Shown here: one piece after another, positions 21,301 to 30,275 of the stretch
How positions within the stretch are numbered: the first letter of the stretch is position 1
Layout of the letters: each line of letters begins with the position of its first letter
Assembly: GCA_947502765.1 (NCBI GenBank)
Contig: CANNBA010000010.1
Span: 1,477 to 65,476, forward strand
Source of the DNA: Flavobacteriales bacterium
GTDB taxonomy: Bacteria; Bacteroidota; Bacteroidia; Flavobacteriales; BACL11
DNA length: 64,000 nucleotides
Direction of reading: 5' to 3'
Program-made: the position numbers and the translations under genes
The notes under the pieces: generated by a model
What the model was told of the DNA's origin: nothing
The model's database searches: none
Seen by the model: only the letters and a program-made list of their open reading frames with translations

Positions 21301-22511
21301 CCGTCACCACCATAAGTCATAGGAACATTGTCCTTCCAAATTCCTCTTAAGTAGTTATAAATATCTGTGCCCCCTTCTGGGTTTCCAGTAACTGTAAAAT
21401 CATTATTATAATATACAAATTTTGACATAATAATTTGCTCTCCCGTTTCATCAACAACTCCATCTCTATCATTATCAATCCCATCTCCAGCATCTGCAAT
21501 TGGTCCTTGAAAGAAATCTACTCCAATAGCAGGTGGATTAAATCCATAACCTGCAGCACCTTCATCTTCAGCATCACCATTATAACAGTAACCTAAACCT
21601 AAACCAACATCACATCCTACATAATCGTCCAGATAATAGCCCAAATCAGCATCAACCCACTGTCCAAAATAAGTTTGATTCAATGGCAAGGTTGATCTGT
21701 TGATTATTTTATAATTATAAAAAGTCATGTCATTAACTTCATTATCAGCAGCAAAACCAAATGCTTGAGCATGAATCTCTAATCCTAATGGTTCGGCTTC
21801 ACTTTCAGTATGAATATTTCCTTTATCATTAAAAATCCAAAATAAAGTTTGATCTCCAAAAAGTTTAGCAGCATCATTTGTACCTGTAATATTGTAATCA
21901 GGATAATCGCCATCATAAGGCTCGTATAAACCATTACCATTTACATCAAAGAAAGGAGCTAAGAATTCATCTTGTCCTTGTGCAGGATCGCCATGAGCTG
22001 GCCATTCTAGAATGGAAGCAGGAATTACATAAGTAGGATCTGTAGCAAAACGAGCAACATACTCCTCAACATCCGAACGCTCTAATTTAAAATGCTTGTC
22101 CCATTTATTACACTCCTCTGAAGAAATTGTTGCATTAGAAATATTTAAAGGTCCTGGCCAAAAATCATTTCCAGATTGACGATAAGTCATAGCAGCAACT
22201 TTTAATTGTCCACCATCATCAACACCCCCAATCCAGAGTGCCCCTGCAAACATAGAGTGCTTGTTGCCTCCTTTAGGAATTTCATATTGAGCATCAGCTA
22301 AGTTCCACCACATATCACCCCCTCCAAGTATTAGAGCTCTTACATTATTTACATCTAGGTCTGTTTTTGATTGAGAAGGATTACATCCAGCAGCAACCTT
22401 ATAATTAACTACTGATGTAGCATTAGGATTTACAACATTCTCCTTAGCAATCACTGCAAACGAGAAGAAAGCTAATGATACTGTTACTATTTGTTTTACT
22501 TTATTATTCAT
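18324..22511 (-). CDS. very large secreted/surface protein with T9SS type-A-like C-terminal sorting domain
   Basis: 1395 aa with a signal peptide and a DNDRDGVVDE Ca-binding-like motif. The C-terminal ~110 aa read VPNPYYG...VKITNLPGAARIKIFTVGGTLVRTL...WDLKNDFGIPISSGLYMIHV...KVIKWFG, which follows the Por_Secre_tail / FlgD-Ig-like pattern. Confidence 0.6.
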   Translation of the reverse strand: MNNKVKQIVTVSLAFFSFAVIAKENVVNPNATSVVNYKVAAGCNPSQSKTDLDVNNVRALILGGGDMWWNLADAQYEIPKGGNKHSMFAGALWIGGVDDGGQLKVAAMTYRQSGNDFWPGPLNISNATISSEECNKWDKHFKLERSDVEEYVARFATDPTYVIPASILEWPAHGDPAQGQDEFLAPFFDVNGNGLYEPYDGDYPDYNITGTNDAAKLFGDQTLFWIFNDKGNIHTESEAEPLGLEIHAQAFGFAADNEVNDMTFYNYKIINRSTLPLNQTYFGQWVDADLGYYLDDYVGCDVGLGLGYCYNGDAEDEGAAGYGFNPPAIGVDFFQGPIADAGDGIDNDRDGVVDETGEQIIMSKFVYYNNDFTVTGNPEGGTDIYNYLRGIWKDNVPMTYGGDGHGGGSGTTTDLCNFMFPGTSDASFPGQEWTEVTAGNVPADRRFLQSAGPFTLEPGAVNTITTGVVWARAKSGGQTASIQLLKIYDREAQALFDNNFNILNGPDAPDVTVRELNKELIFTLSNGGTSNNINESYSEKDPYITKPDNLLNSPNYEFQGYVVYQLKDATVSATDLADPDRARLIYRSDIKDDVTGIVNQYLDPILGVYTPIEEVQSVLSEGVIGTVDEGVEFSFRIADDKFALGNTSLVNHKTYYFMSLSYGYNRAEENASPYDVSAVDYDGRNRPYISGRRNIQVYSAIPHFTESENGGMTLNASYGDGVKLTRKEGQGNGGIALELTSETINEILGSQDHRSLYPTYQQGKGPIAITVVDPVKIPQGDFMFKLMNPTLTTSGAITSYGRWELLNENSSIISSANEDIAVGSEKYVSNLGLNVKVAQTENPGTDPNNIENNGLISGTIEFENINDRWLSGVADRDDDSEFFSLWGLNWIRAGSFENATNALLSDYGLIDDPNGAFEGAVVQTNLAFGGFEWSGGTWAPYRFASYFNDGPGLQSSITNLAKLVNLNSVDIVITDDKSKWSRVCIVEAQDDPLLAQGGQVKMGLRQSPSVDKNGDDDGSGTVGMGWFPGYAIDIETGERLNIIFSEDSWQTSENGNDMLWNPTGKLTTDEFPQYDPTAPIGQQFSGGNYLLGGKHFIYVVKGESWVKGTDDYINDIANCDFPPNYDESAWIYAQLVQANLTSKWAVFKNVTWVGAPLLAPGRTLNLSNSATVKLRVTKPYKQYETVADDKFFDKNMNLTSGNTYVVAYQNAAATWGGQTATYDGISYDPGDSFIASATPNFTGSAKARVIEANALNRFNPIYSFNTDDIVPVKGDVDVALDAMETIKAVPNPYYGYSSYEINQLDNRVKITNLPGAARIKIFTVGGTLVRTLKKDDSMTSIDWDLKNDFGIPISSGLYMIHVRANLWDATAQEYVEKDKVIKWFGSLRPIDLDTF

Positions 22512-22539
22512 AAAAAAACTATTTTTTTTCTATTCTTTA

Positions 22540-25500
22540 TTAAAATTCCAAGCTAACGCCTGCTCTAAACATTCTAGGCAAGCTATAATTATCAGTATTG
22601 TTTACTGCTAATGAGTAAAGATATCTGAAGGCATCAGGGTCATTTTTAGCATCAATTGCATTTTGTGCTGCTGCTGATGCTAAATAACCATCATCCTCAG
22701 GATTACCCGTTGCTCTATATACAGCGATAATATTTTGAGCATCCAATAAGTTTTGTATCTGCACATATACATTAAAGAGTGAGCTCTTTTTGTCATTCCA
22801 TTTAATTTCAAATTCCTTATTCACTTTCATGTTAATACGAAATTGCCATGGCAAACGAGAACCATTTAAGCTCCCCTCAAGAGTGGATCGATCATTAATT
22901 CCATCTGCTGCTTCCTGGGTAATGTTTGATTGTCTTGAATAAGGAGTTCCCGAGCCAGCTGCTAGAGTAAAATTAACTCCTGCATTTTGAAATACTTTTG
23001 AACCAAACCAAACTGGGCCATTATAATCTTTACCATCTCCATAATGATAATCAACTGCTGCTGAAATGGAGTGTCTCTGATCATATGAAAGTGGAATAGT
23101 GGTTCTTAAGTTAGGCTGGCCAGTATTAACTAAACTTGCACCTGATTCTGAATTTGAACCCGTACCATCAGCAAACTGCAAAGTATAATTAGCAGTCATT
23201 TGAACATTATTAGTTCTTCTTAAATCGTAATTAATCGACATTCCTTTTACCGTACCAAAGTCAATATTTCCATATGTATAATACTGGGCAGGATAAGCCG
23301 ATAATACATTAGTAACCTGAATCATATCTCTTAATTCTTTATAAAATGCAGAAATCTTCAAAGCAGATTTTAAGGATAAGGTTTTAGCAAAACCTAACTC
23401 ATAATCAACTGTTTTTTCTGGTTTTAAGTTAGGGTTGTTTAATGTTGCCCCTACCCTATCGGCCATAAACAAATAATCAACTGGCTCAATTCTATTAAAT
23501 GATGGCGGTCTTTGAGTAAGTACATCATAGTGAGCAAAGAACTGTGCTTCATCAGAAATAGGAAATGAGAATGCTATCCTTGGCATAAACACAACTTCAG
23601 GAGTATAATCTTCAAATGCCTCATCAACATTTACAATTCCTTTTAGTGCGTCTGTAGGATTTTTTAAGTAAGGAGCAATTTTACCTCCTGCAGCTTCAGC
23701 CAATAAACTAGGGTCAGAGATCTCTAAACCATCAGCATTATACCAAGTATCATCAGTATTGTCACGATATCCTACAATTGCAGAAGGATTTTCAATATCA
23801 TCAACATAAACCACATAATCATCACCTATAGTTGAAGGGATACCGGTTGAATTTATTAAATTCGTATTTGCATCTTTGGTATAGGCGCTATATAATAAGT
23901 GTTGATCCTTTAAAACTTGTTGGTTAGCATCATAACGATCTACCCTTAATCCAATATTAAAAATCAAATCCTCAACTGCAAATTTATCTTGTATATATCC
24001 TGCGGTATAAATAGGATTAAATGGAGCTATTAATCTATCGCTACCCTCCTCAAAGAATTTTGCAAGTGTAGGTGTTGCTGTTGGTTTATTACCATAAATA
24101 TCATACCCATAATAGTATACTAATGACGAGCCATTATTTAATAGCTCATCAGCACTAAATAAGTCCAAGGAATAAGTAGAAGGATCGTAAGAATCAATAT
24201 CAATAAAATCTACCCCATTTGGATTTAATCCTAAAACTCCTCTTAAGTTTCTGTCAAAATCTGATTGTTCTTCATCAATAAATAACCTGTCATAGTTAAC
24301 AGTATCTTGATAAATTCCGTTAGCATCAAACACAGGATAAGGATTGGATAAATCACGCTCTAAAATATGCTTGTTAGAAAGCTGACGCATTAAACCCCAT
24401 AAGCCCATTGGGCTTGTACCCCAATAATAATCTTTTCGTTGTTCAAATTCAAAACCAAAAGAAAATTCATGTGATTTGATGTCAGCAGAACCTGATGCCT
24501 TAAAACTTGTTTGAGTATCTTCTTGTTTTGCCGATCCGTTATACATTGTGCCATGATTACCATATAATGAATAAACACTTACAGGCAATTCTCCATTTCT
24601 CAATCCTTGCCCTTTTAAGTCAGCAGCTGTTCTAATAACTCCATCATTAGAGGCGTCTACACCAAAAAAATTTGACATTGTAGCTCCCTGAAAAGAATTC
24701 AAGCCATACTGAGAGAACATATCATAATATGCGGAAGTATAATTTACTAACCCAGGATTAATACCACTTGCTTCAAAAGTATACAAAGTATCCGCCCATC
24801 CATTTAATATCCTGCCATTATAAATAGTTCCAGTCAAAGAATCAATAGCTTGTCCATTCTGATAAATTGGTGCTTTATAAGTATTAAATTTCCCAACATA
24901 ACCATAATTAAAAAGATCATCTCCATGATTAGCATCATCAAAAGTGTATTTATTACTTGTATAGTCTCCTTGAATGGTGAAAAATGCATTTTTAATTGTT
25001 GATGCGCTTTCATCAGCATTTGAATCTTCAGAACCAAACTTTTGAGTTAATTTACCAAACAAACGATATGTTGTTTGTGAAGAAGTTCTATTATTATCCC
25101 AAGAAAACATAGACCTCCATGCTGAAAAATCATGATTTTTATTTGCATAAAAAGAACCTCCTAATGATAGAAAGGTATTTTTAGAAGGTTGAAAATCAAG
25201 CTTTGCCTGAACATTAATTCTCTTTTGGTTTGCGTTTAGTTTAGCATCTATTAGCTCAAAGTCAGATTCTTTTAAAAAATCAGAAGAACTTAAAAACCCA
25301 GCTGTGGAATTTGGAGCTACTATAAAAGGCTTATCTCTTAATCCTTCCAACACATCATCTTTTACTTTCCATTTACCAATTGCTGAAGGATCATTGTCAT
25401 CAACACTAAGCAACTCTCCTGCTAAAAAATAACCTATTATTGAATTCCCTTTTGTTCCATCAGTATTTCTCTTTTTTAAGATAGGTCCAGAAAGACCAAA

Positions 25501-26247
25501 TCCTAAAAGGTTATAATTATAAGTATCAAATAATGAAGAAGTTTCATATTCTAATCCTCCAGCAAACTTGCTAGAAGGACCTTTAGTTGTTACAGAAATA
25601 ATACCACCAGTTGCATCACCATATTTTGCTGGAACTCCACCTGTAATTACCGTAATCTGCTCTATACCAGAAGTAGGAACTCCCATAGCTCCCCTTACTT
25701 TTATTCCATCAATATAATATTCAGAAGCATCATCCCTAGATCCTCTTATATTTAGAATATCACCTTCATCTCTTTGGTAAATACCTGCAGTAGTAGCAGC
25801 TACAGAATTTATACTTCTTGTTGGTAAGGCAACAATTTCTTCTGCTGTTTTTGTTTCGCCAGAAAGATTATCTTTATCTAATAAAGGTTTTTTAAATTCA
25901 ATAATTTTAACCTCTCCTATCGCAATACCTTCTTGGAGCTTTACATTTTGATTGGTTATTTTGTTGGCAGAAATAACAACGCCTGTAATTTCAACCGTAC
26001 CATATCCGACAAAAGTTGCTTTAAGAGTATAGCTGCCTGGTTCTAGTGGTTTAATTGTATAATTTCCGTCAAAATCAGTAGTGGTTCCTCCAATCTGATT
26101 TCCATTTCTTTCTGCAACAATATTTGCAAAAGGAATAGGCTCTCCGCTCATTGCATCAGTAATTACGCCTTTTAAGCTTCCTGTTTGTGCAAATGCAAAA
26201 GTTGTAATTAATGCAAATGCTGCTATCAAATAAATTTTTTTCAACAT
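22540..26247 (-). CDS. TonB-dependent-receptor-like outer-membrane barrel with N-terminal carboxypeptidase-regulatory-like domain
   Basis: 1235 aa. After the signal peptide comes GSLKGVITDAMSGEPIPFANI...FDGNYTIKPLEPGSYTLKATFVGY (CarboxypepD_reg). A plug follows (NIRGSRDDASEYYIDGIKVRG, ITGGVPAKYGDATGGIISVTTKG), and the C-terminus is GVSLEF. Confidence 0.75.
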   Translation of the reverse strand: MLKKIYLIAAFALITTFAFAQTGSLKGVITDAMSGEPIPFANIVAERNGNQIGGTTTDFDGNYTIKPLEPGSYTLKATFVGYGTVEITGVVISANKITNQNVKLQEGIAIGEVKIIEFKKPLLDKDNLSGETKTAEEIVALPTRSINSVAATTAGIYQRDEGDILNIRGSRDDASEYYIDGIKVRGAMGVPTSGIEQITVITGGVPAKYGDATGGIISVTTKGPSSKFAGGLEYETSSLFDTYNYNLLGFGLSGPILKKRNTDGTKGNSIIGYFLAGELLSVDDNDPSAIGKWKVKDDVLEGLRDKPFIVAPNSTAGFLSSSDFLKESDFELIDAKLNANQKRINVQAKLDFQPSKNTFLSLGGSFYANKNHDFSAWRSMFSWDNNRTSSQTTYRLFGKLTQKFGSEDSNADESASTIKNAFFTIQGDYTSNKYTFDDANHGDDLFNYGYVGKFNTYKAPIYQNGQAIDSLTGTIYNGRILNGWADTLYTFEASGINPGLVNYTSAYYDMFSQYGLNSFQGATMSNFFGVDASNDGVIRTAADLKGQGLRNGELPVSVYSLYGNHGTMYNGSAKQEDTQTSFKASGSADIKSHEFSFGFEFEQRKDYYWGTSPMGLWGLMRQLSNKHILERDLSNPYPVFDANGIYQDTVNYDRLFIDEEQSDFDRNLRGVLGLNPNGVDFIDIDSYDPSTYSLDLFSADELLNNGSSLVYYYGYDIYGNKPTATPTLAKFFEEGSDRLIAPFNPIYTAGYIQDKFAVEDLIFNIGLRVDRYDANQQVLKDQHLLYSAYTKDANTNLINSTGIPSTIGDDYVVYVDDIENPSAIVGYRDNTDDTWYNADGLEISDPSLLAEAAGGKIAPYLKNPTDALKGIVNVDEAFEDYTPEVVFMPRIAFSFPISDEAQFFAHYDVLTQRPPSFNRIEPVDYLFMADRVGATLNNPNLKPEKTVDYELGFAKTLSLKSALKISAFYKELRDMIQVTNVLSAYPAQYYTYGNIDFGTVKGMSINYDLRRTNNVQMTANYTLQFADGTGSNSESGASLVNTGQPNLRTTIPLSYDQRHSISAAVDYHYGDGKDYNGPVWFGSKVFQNAGVNFTLAAGSGTPYSRQSNITQEAADGINDRSTLEGSLNGSRLPWQFRINMKVNKEFEIKWNDKKSSLFNVYVQIQNLLDAQNIIAVYRATGNPEDDGYLASAAAQNAIDAKNDPDAFRYLYSLAVNNTDNYSLPRMFRAGVSLEF

Positions 26248-26347
26248 AATACTGTTTCGTTTAAATAATTTTAAAGTTTGTAAAGATATAATTTTTTTAA
26301 CATTGCGTTAAATAAAAATAACGTTTATTTTGCCTAAAATTGCAGCC

Positions 26348-26761
26348 GTGAAAAAATTTGCTTACTTACTACTAATCAGCATATTGATAACCAACTGTGA
26401 TGATACAAATTGTTACATAGAAGATGTTTATGTAAATGAGTATATCGATTTGAGCTTGCCAATTTACAGCGAAATTGTAACTACAGGAAACTCAATATTT
26501 GTGGAGGGTGGTGTAGAAGGAATTATTATATATCATGGAGTTGGAAATGACTACAAAATATACGACAGAAACTGTAGCTATGAGCCATGCTTATCTTGCT
26601 CACAGATTGATACCGTAGATTCAGGGATTGCTTATTGTGGCTGTTGCACATCTGCATTTTTAATTAGTAATAACGGGGAATCAATAAATGCTCCAGCACT
26701 ATTAGAATTAAAACAGTATAATTGGAGTTTAAATAATAATATTCTAAGAATATTTAATTAG
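26348..26761 (+). CDS. small Cys-rich lipoprotein with degenerate Rieske-like boxes
   Basis: The track ORF starts at TTG 26330. A GTG at 26348 gives VKKFAYLLLISILITNC, which looks like a lipoprotein signal. The motifs CSYEPC (x16) CGCCTS parallel the Rieske boxes CxHxGC...CxCHxS. Confidence 0.5.
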   Translation: MKKFAYLLLISILITNCDDTNCYIEDVYVNEYIDLSLPIYSEIVTTGNSIFVEGGVEGIIIYHGVGNDYKIYDRNCSYEPCLSCSQIDTVDSGIAYCGCCTSAFLISNNGESINAPALLELKQYNWSLNNNILRIFN

Positions 26762-26800
26762 CTGCCGGCCTTAATAATCTTCTTTCTAATTGTATCTATT

Positions 26801-28108
26801 TTAGTATCTATAGTATTCTGGCTTATAAGGTCCCTCAACTTTTACTCCAATATATTCTGCTTGATCTGATCTTAAAGTTTCCAATTCTACACCAATTTTA
26901 GCCAAATGTAATCGAGCTACTTTTTCATCTAAATGTTTTGGCAACATGTACACTTTATTTTCATAACTTCCGGAATTATTCCAAAGCTCTAATTGGGCTA
27001 ACACTTGATTTGTAAAAGAATTAGACATAACAAATGAAGGATGGCCTGTAGCACAACCCAAATTAACCAATCTGCCCTCAGCGAGTAAAATAATATCTTT
27101 TCCGTCAATAGTATAAATATTTACTTGAGGTTTTACTGTATTTTTTGTATGGCCCCAGTTTTTGTTTAGCCAAGCTACATCAATTTCATTATCAAAATGA
27201 CCAATATTACAAACAATAGTTTTGTCCTTCATACTCTTAAAATGACGCTCCTGAATAATATCTCTATTTCCTGTTGTTGTCACTATAATATCTGCATTTT
27301 TACATACCTCATCCATTCTTTTAACCGCAAAACCATCCATAGCAGCTTGCAAAGCACAAATAGGATCAATTTCCGTAACTATTACTCGTGCTCCAGCGCC
27401 TTTAAGTGAAGCGGCAGATCCTTTCCCAACATCCCCATATCCAGCAACAACAGCCACTTTGCCAGCCATCATTACATCAGTTGCTCTTCTAATAGAATCT
27501 ACTAAAGATTCTTTACAGCCGTATTTATTGTCAAATTTTGATTTAGTAACAGAATCATTAATGTTTATAGCAGGAAGTGATAGAGTTCCTTTTTCCATTC
27601 TTTCATACAATCTATGAACACCTGTTGTGGTTTCTTCTGAAAGTCCTTTAATTCCTGCAATCATCTGAGGAAATCTATCAAAGACCATATTGGTTAAATC
27701 GCCACCATCATCTAAAATCATGTTTAATGATTTCCCCCCTTCAAAAGCAGTGAGTGTTTGCAAAATACACCAATCAAATTCTTCTTCATTCATTCCTTTC
27801 CAAGCAAAAACAGGAACTCCTACGGCTGCAATTGCAGCTGCTGCTTGATCTTGAGTAGAGAATATATTGCAAGAAGACCATGAAACCTCAGCCCCTAAAT
27901 GAACTAATGTTTCTATTAAAACTGCCGTTTGAATAGTCATGTGTAAACATCCAGCAATTCTTGCTCCATCTAATGGCTTACTTGTTCCAAACTCTTCACG
28001 AATAGCCATTAATCCTGGCATTTCTGCCTCTGCTAATGTCATTTCTTTTCTGCCCCATTCTGCTAATGAGATGTCTTTTACTTTATAATTCATAGTTTCT
28101 AATTCCAT
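26801..28108 (-). CDS. ahcY: adenosylhomocysteinase
   Basis: 435 aa with [17 protein letters not shown] and HFDNEID motifs. Confidence 0.95.
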   Translation of the reverse strand: MELETMNYKVKDISLAEWGRKEMTLAEAEMPGLMAIREEFGTSKPLDGARIAGCLHMTIQTAVLIETLVHLGAEVSWSSCNIFSTQDQAAAAIAAVGVPVFAWKGMNEEEFDWCILQTLTAFEGGKSLNMILDDGGDLTNMVFDRFPQMIAGIKGLSEETTTGVHRLYERMEKGTLSLPAININDSVTKSKFDNKYGCKESLVDSIRRATDVMMAGKVAVVAGYGDVGKGSAASLKGAGARVIVTEIDPICALQAAMDGFAVKRMDEVCKNADIIVTTTGNRDIIQERHFKSMKDKTIVCNIGHFDNEIDVAWLNKNWGHTKNTVKPQVNIYTIDGKDIILLAEGRLVNLGCATGHPSFVMSNSFTNQVLAQLELWNNSGSYENKVYMLPKHLDEKVARLHLAKIGVELETLRSDQAEYIGVKVEGPYKPEYYRY

Positions 28109-28125
28109 ATTTATTTTTTAGGCTG

Positions 28126-28133
28126 CAAATCTA
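28126..28133 (-). promoter_or_regulatory. -7 promoter motif TAnnTTTG upstream of ahcY
   Basis: The reverse complement of CAAATCTA is TAGATTTG. It lies 17 nt upstream of the ahcY start. Confidence 0.35.
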
Positions 28134-28170
28134 CGCATAATTATTAATTTAGCACTTGATATTTTAATGT

Positions 28171-28752
28171 ATGCCACTGCTCCAAAAAATTGAAGAAAAT
28201 GATTGCCAAATTGCTATATGGGATATGAGCGAATCATTAGATGCACTTATTGAATCATCTAGTAGCTTAGAACTCTCAAAGTTCAAAACTGAAAAGCGAA
28301 AAAAAGAGTTTTTAGCAAGTAGATTATTGCTTAATGAACTTTTGCCAAACGCTTCAATTTCTTACAACAAATATGGAGCTCCTGAAATTGGAAATAACCA
28401 TTTTATTTCTATTTCACATTCGAAAAATCTTGCAGCAATTATTATTAGTAAAAATAAAGTTGGATTAGATATCGAAATTATATCTGAAAAACCTTTAAGG
28501 TTAACCTCAAAATTTATTTCTAATGATAGTCACAATCCTCTATCGGAAGAAAAGGCAACATTAATTTGGTGCTGTAAGGAAGCTGTTTTTAAATGGCATC
28601 AAAAAGGTAATGTTGATTTTATTACTGACATAAAAATAAAACCATTTATTATTAAAGAAAAAGGACAATTAATTGCTGTATTTAAAAAGCAAAAATTGAG
28701 CTTATACTACAAAAAAATAGAAATGCATTTTTTAGCGTATGTTTGCAAATGA
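28171..28752 (+). CDS. 4'-phosphopantetheinyl transferase superfamily protein
   Basis: 193 aa with YGAPE, ISISHS, GLDIE and CCKEAVFK motifs. Confidence 0.75.
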   Translation: MPLLQKIEENDCQIAIWDMSESLDALIESSSSLELSKFKTEKRKKEFLASRLLLNELLPNASISYNKYGAPEIGNNHFISISHSKNLAAIIISKNKVGLDIEIISEKPLRLTSKFISNDSHNPLSEEKATLIWCCKEAVFKWHQKGNVDFITDIKIKPFIIKEKGQLIAVFKKQKLSLYYKKIEMHFLAYVCK

Positions 28753-28762
28753 AAATAGTAGC

Positions 28763-29500
28763 ATGAATATTTACAATAAAATAATAGCCGATAAAAAGTC
28801 AAATAAAAAATCCTTTGCTCTTTTAATCGATCCTGACAAACAAGATAAAAAGCAACTTTTAGCTATTATTGAAAAAGCAAAAAATGCAAAAACAGATTAC
28901 TTTTTTGTAGGAGGGAGCCTACTTACAAACGACAGTTTGGATCTTTGTTTAAAGACTCTTAAAGAAAATACAACTATTCCTGTTGTGCTTTTTCCTGGAA
29001 ACGCTATGCAAGTGAATAACAAAGCAGATGGCATCCTTTTCCTGTCTTTAATTTCTGGCAGAAATGCCGATATGCTTATAGGAAAGCAAGTTATTACTGC
29101 TCCTATTTTAAAGCAATCTTCTTTAGAAGTTTTACCAACTGGCTACATGCTTATTGATAGTGGAAAGCCAACCACAGTTTCCTATATGAGTAATACCAAC
29201 CCTATACCTGCTGATAAAGAAACAGTAGCTGCTTGCACTGCAATGGCTGGAGAAATGCTAGGCCTAAAATTGATATTTATGGATGGAGGAAGTGGGGCTA
29301 AAAACCCAATTTCTGAGGCAATGATTAAGGCAGTTAGAAAATCTGTTGATGTACCCTTAATAATTGGTGGAGGCATTAGTAGTGGCGAAAAAGCCATTGC
29401 AAATTGCAGAGCGGGTGCTGATATTATTGTAGTTGGCAATGCTATTGAAAAAGACGAAAATTTAATTGGAGAAATTGCTGATGCAATACATAATTACTAA
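28763..29500 (+). CDS. geranylgeranylglyceryl phosphate synthase family (PcrB-like) protein
   Basis: The ATG at 28763 (MNIYNKI) is preferred over the track start 28739, which overlaps the PPTase gene. It contains FFVGGS, FMDGGSGA and PLIIGGGI TIM-barrel phosphate-binding motifs. Confidence 0.8.
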   Translation: MNIYNKIIADKKSNKKSFALLIDPDKQDKKQLLAIIEKAKNAKTDYFFVGGSLLTNDSLDLCLKTLKENTTIPVVLFPGNAMQVNNKADGILFLSLISGRNADMLIGKQVITAPILKQSSLEVLPTGYMLIDSGKPTTVSYMSNTNPIPADKETVAACTAMAGEMLGLKLIFMDGGSGAKNPISEAMIKAVRKSVDVPLIIGGGISSGEKAIANCRAGADIIVVGNAIEKDENLIGEIADAIHNY

Positions 29501-29637
29501 TTAATATAAAATAAATTACATGCAAAAAGAGATAAAATATTTGTAAATAGCTCTTTTTTAAAGATTTCCTGACTTTTATTATAATAATTATATATTTTTG
29601 TTAAATAAGCCGACTTAAACCAATAAACTTAGTTACA

Positions 29638-30098
29638 ATGAAAACACTAGAAACACCTTTAACCTGGATCCTGACACTACTTTTTTTAGTATTTATACCT
29701 TATGCTAAAATCTCTGCAGATAAATTGCAAGCAGCAGAATTAGCAGAAAAAATTAGAGCAGAAGCGAGAGCATTATTAATTGCTGAAAGAACAATTACTG
29801 TAGAAGTCTCTCATGATTCCAATCCAGCTACAAATACATATTCTGTAATACTCTCGGCAGCTAATTCTTTTGACGCAGAAGGAGATTCAATATATTTTGC
29901 ATGGGATCAATCTAATGGAGCCATGGTAATTTAGGTGAAACAGGAAATAATTCAGTAGCTAAATTTGATGCACAGGCAGGTGAATACGAATTTGTTTTAT
30001 CTATTTCAGATTCTTATGGAGCAACTTGTGTTGATACAGTAATTGTTAGCGTACAACCTGAACCAAATAGTTGCCCAAATCCTATTATCCAAAAATAG
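29638..30098 (+). pseudogene. small membrane-anchored PKD-domain protein, interrupted by a frameshift near 29927-29934
   Basis: Frame 1 reads ...DAEGDSIYFAWDQSNGAMVI-stop. Frame 3 continues NLGETGNNSVAKFDAQAGEYEFVLSISDSYGATCVDTVIVSVQPEPNSCPNPIIQK-stop at 30096-30098. Joined, the two parts make one PKD-like domain. Confidence 0.6.
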
Positions 30099-30275
30099 TA
30101 TTCTTTCTAAAATAAATTCTGATAACCAAAAGTTATAGAATAGTTGAAGAATAAAGCATTTTACAAAAGAGTAATGAGTGTTATAAATTCAAATGTGTAA
30201 AAACTTTTTAAAATGAAAAATCTATTTTTTTTACTCTAAAAATTATCAGTTCTAATTTGAAGAAAAACCTGCTTT

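Noticed and set aside
18324-22511. Calling the 1395-aa protein PorU, the T9SS sortase, because it precedes a PorV-like gene
   Set aside because: I could not find the gingipain/C25-like peptidase features expected of PorU, and the protein looks like a cargo with a type-A-like CTD. It is left as uncharacterised.
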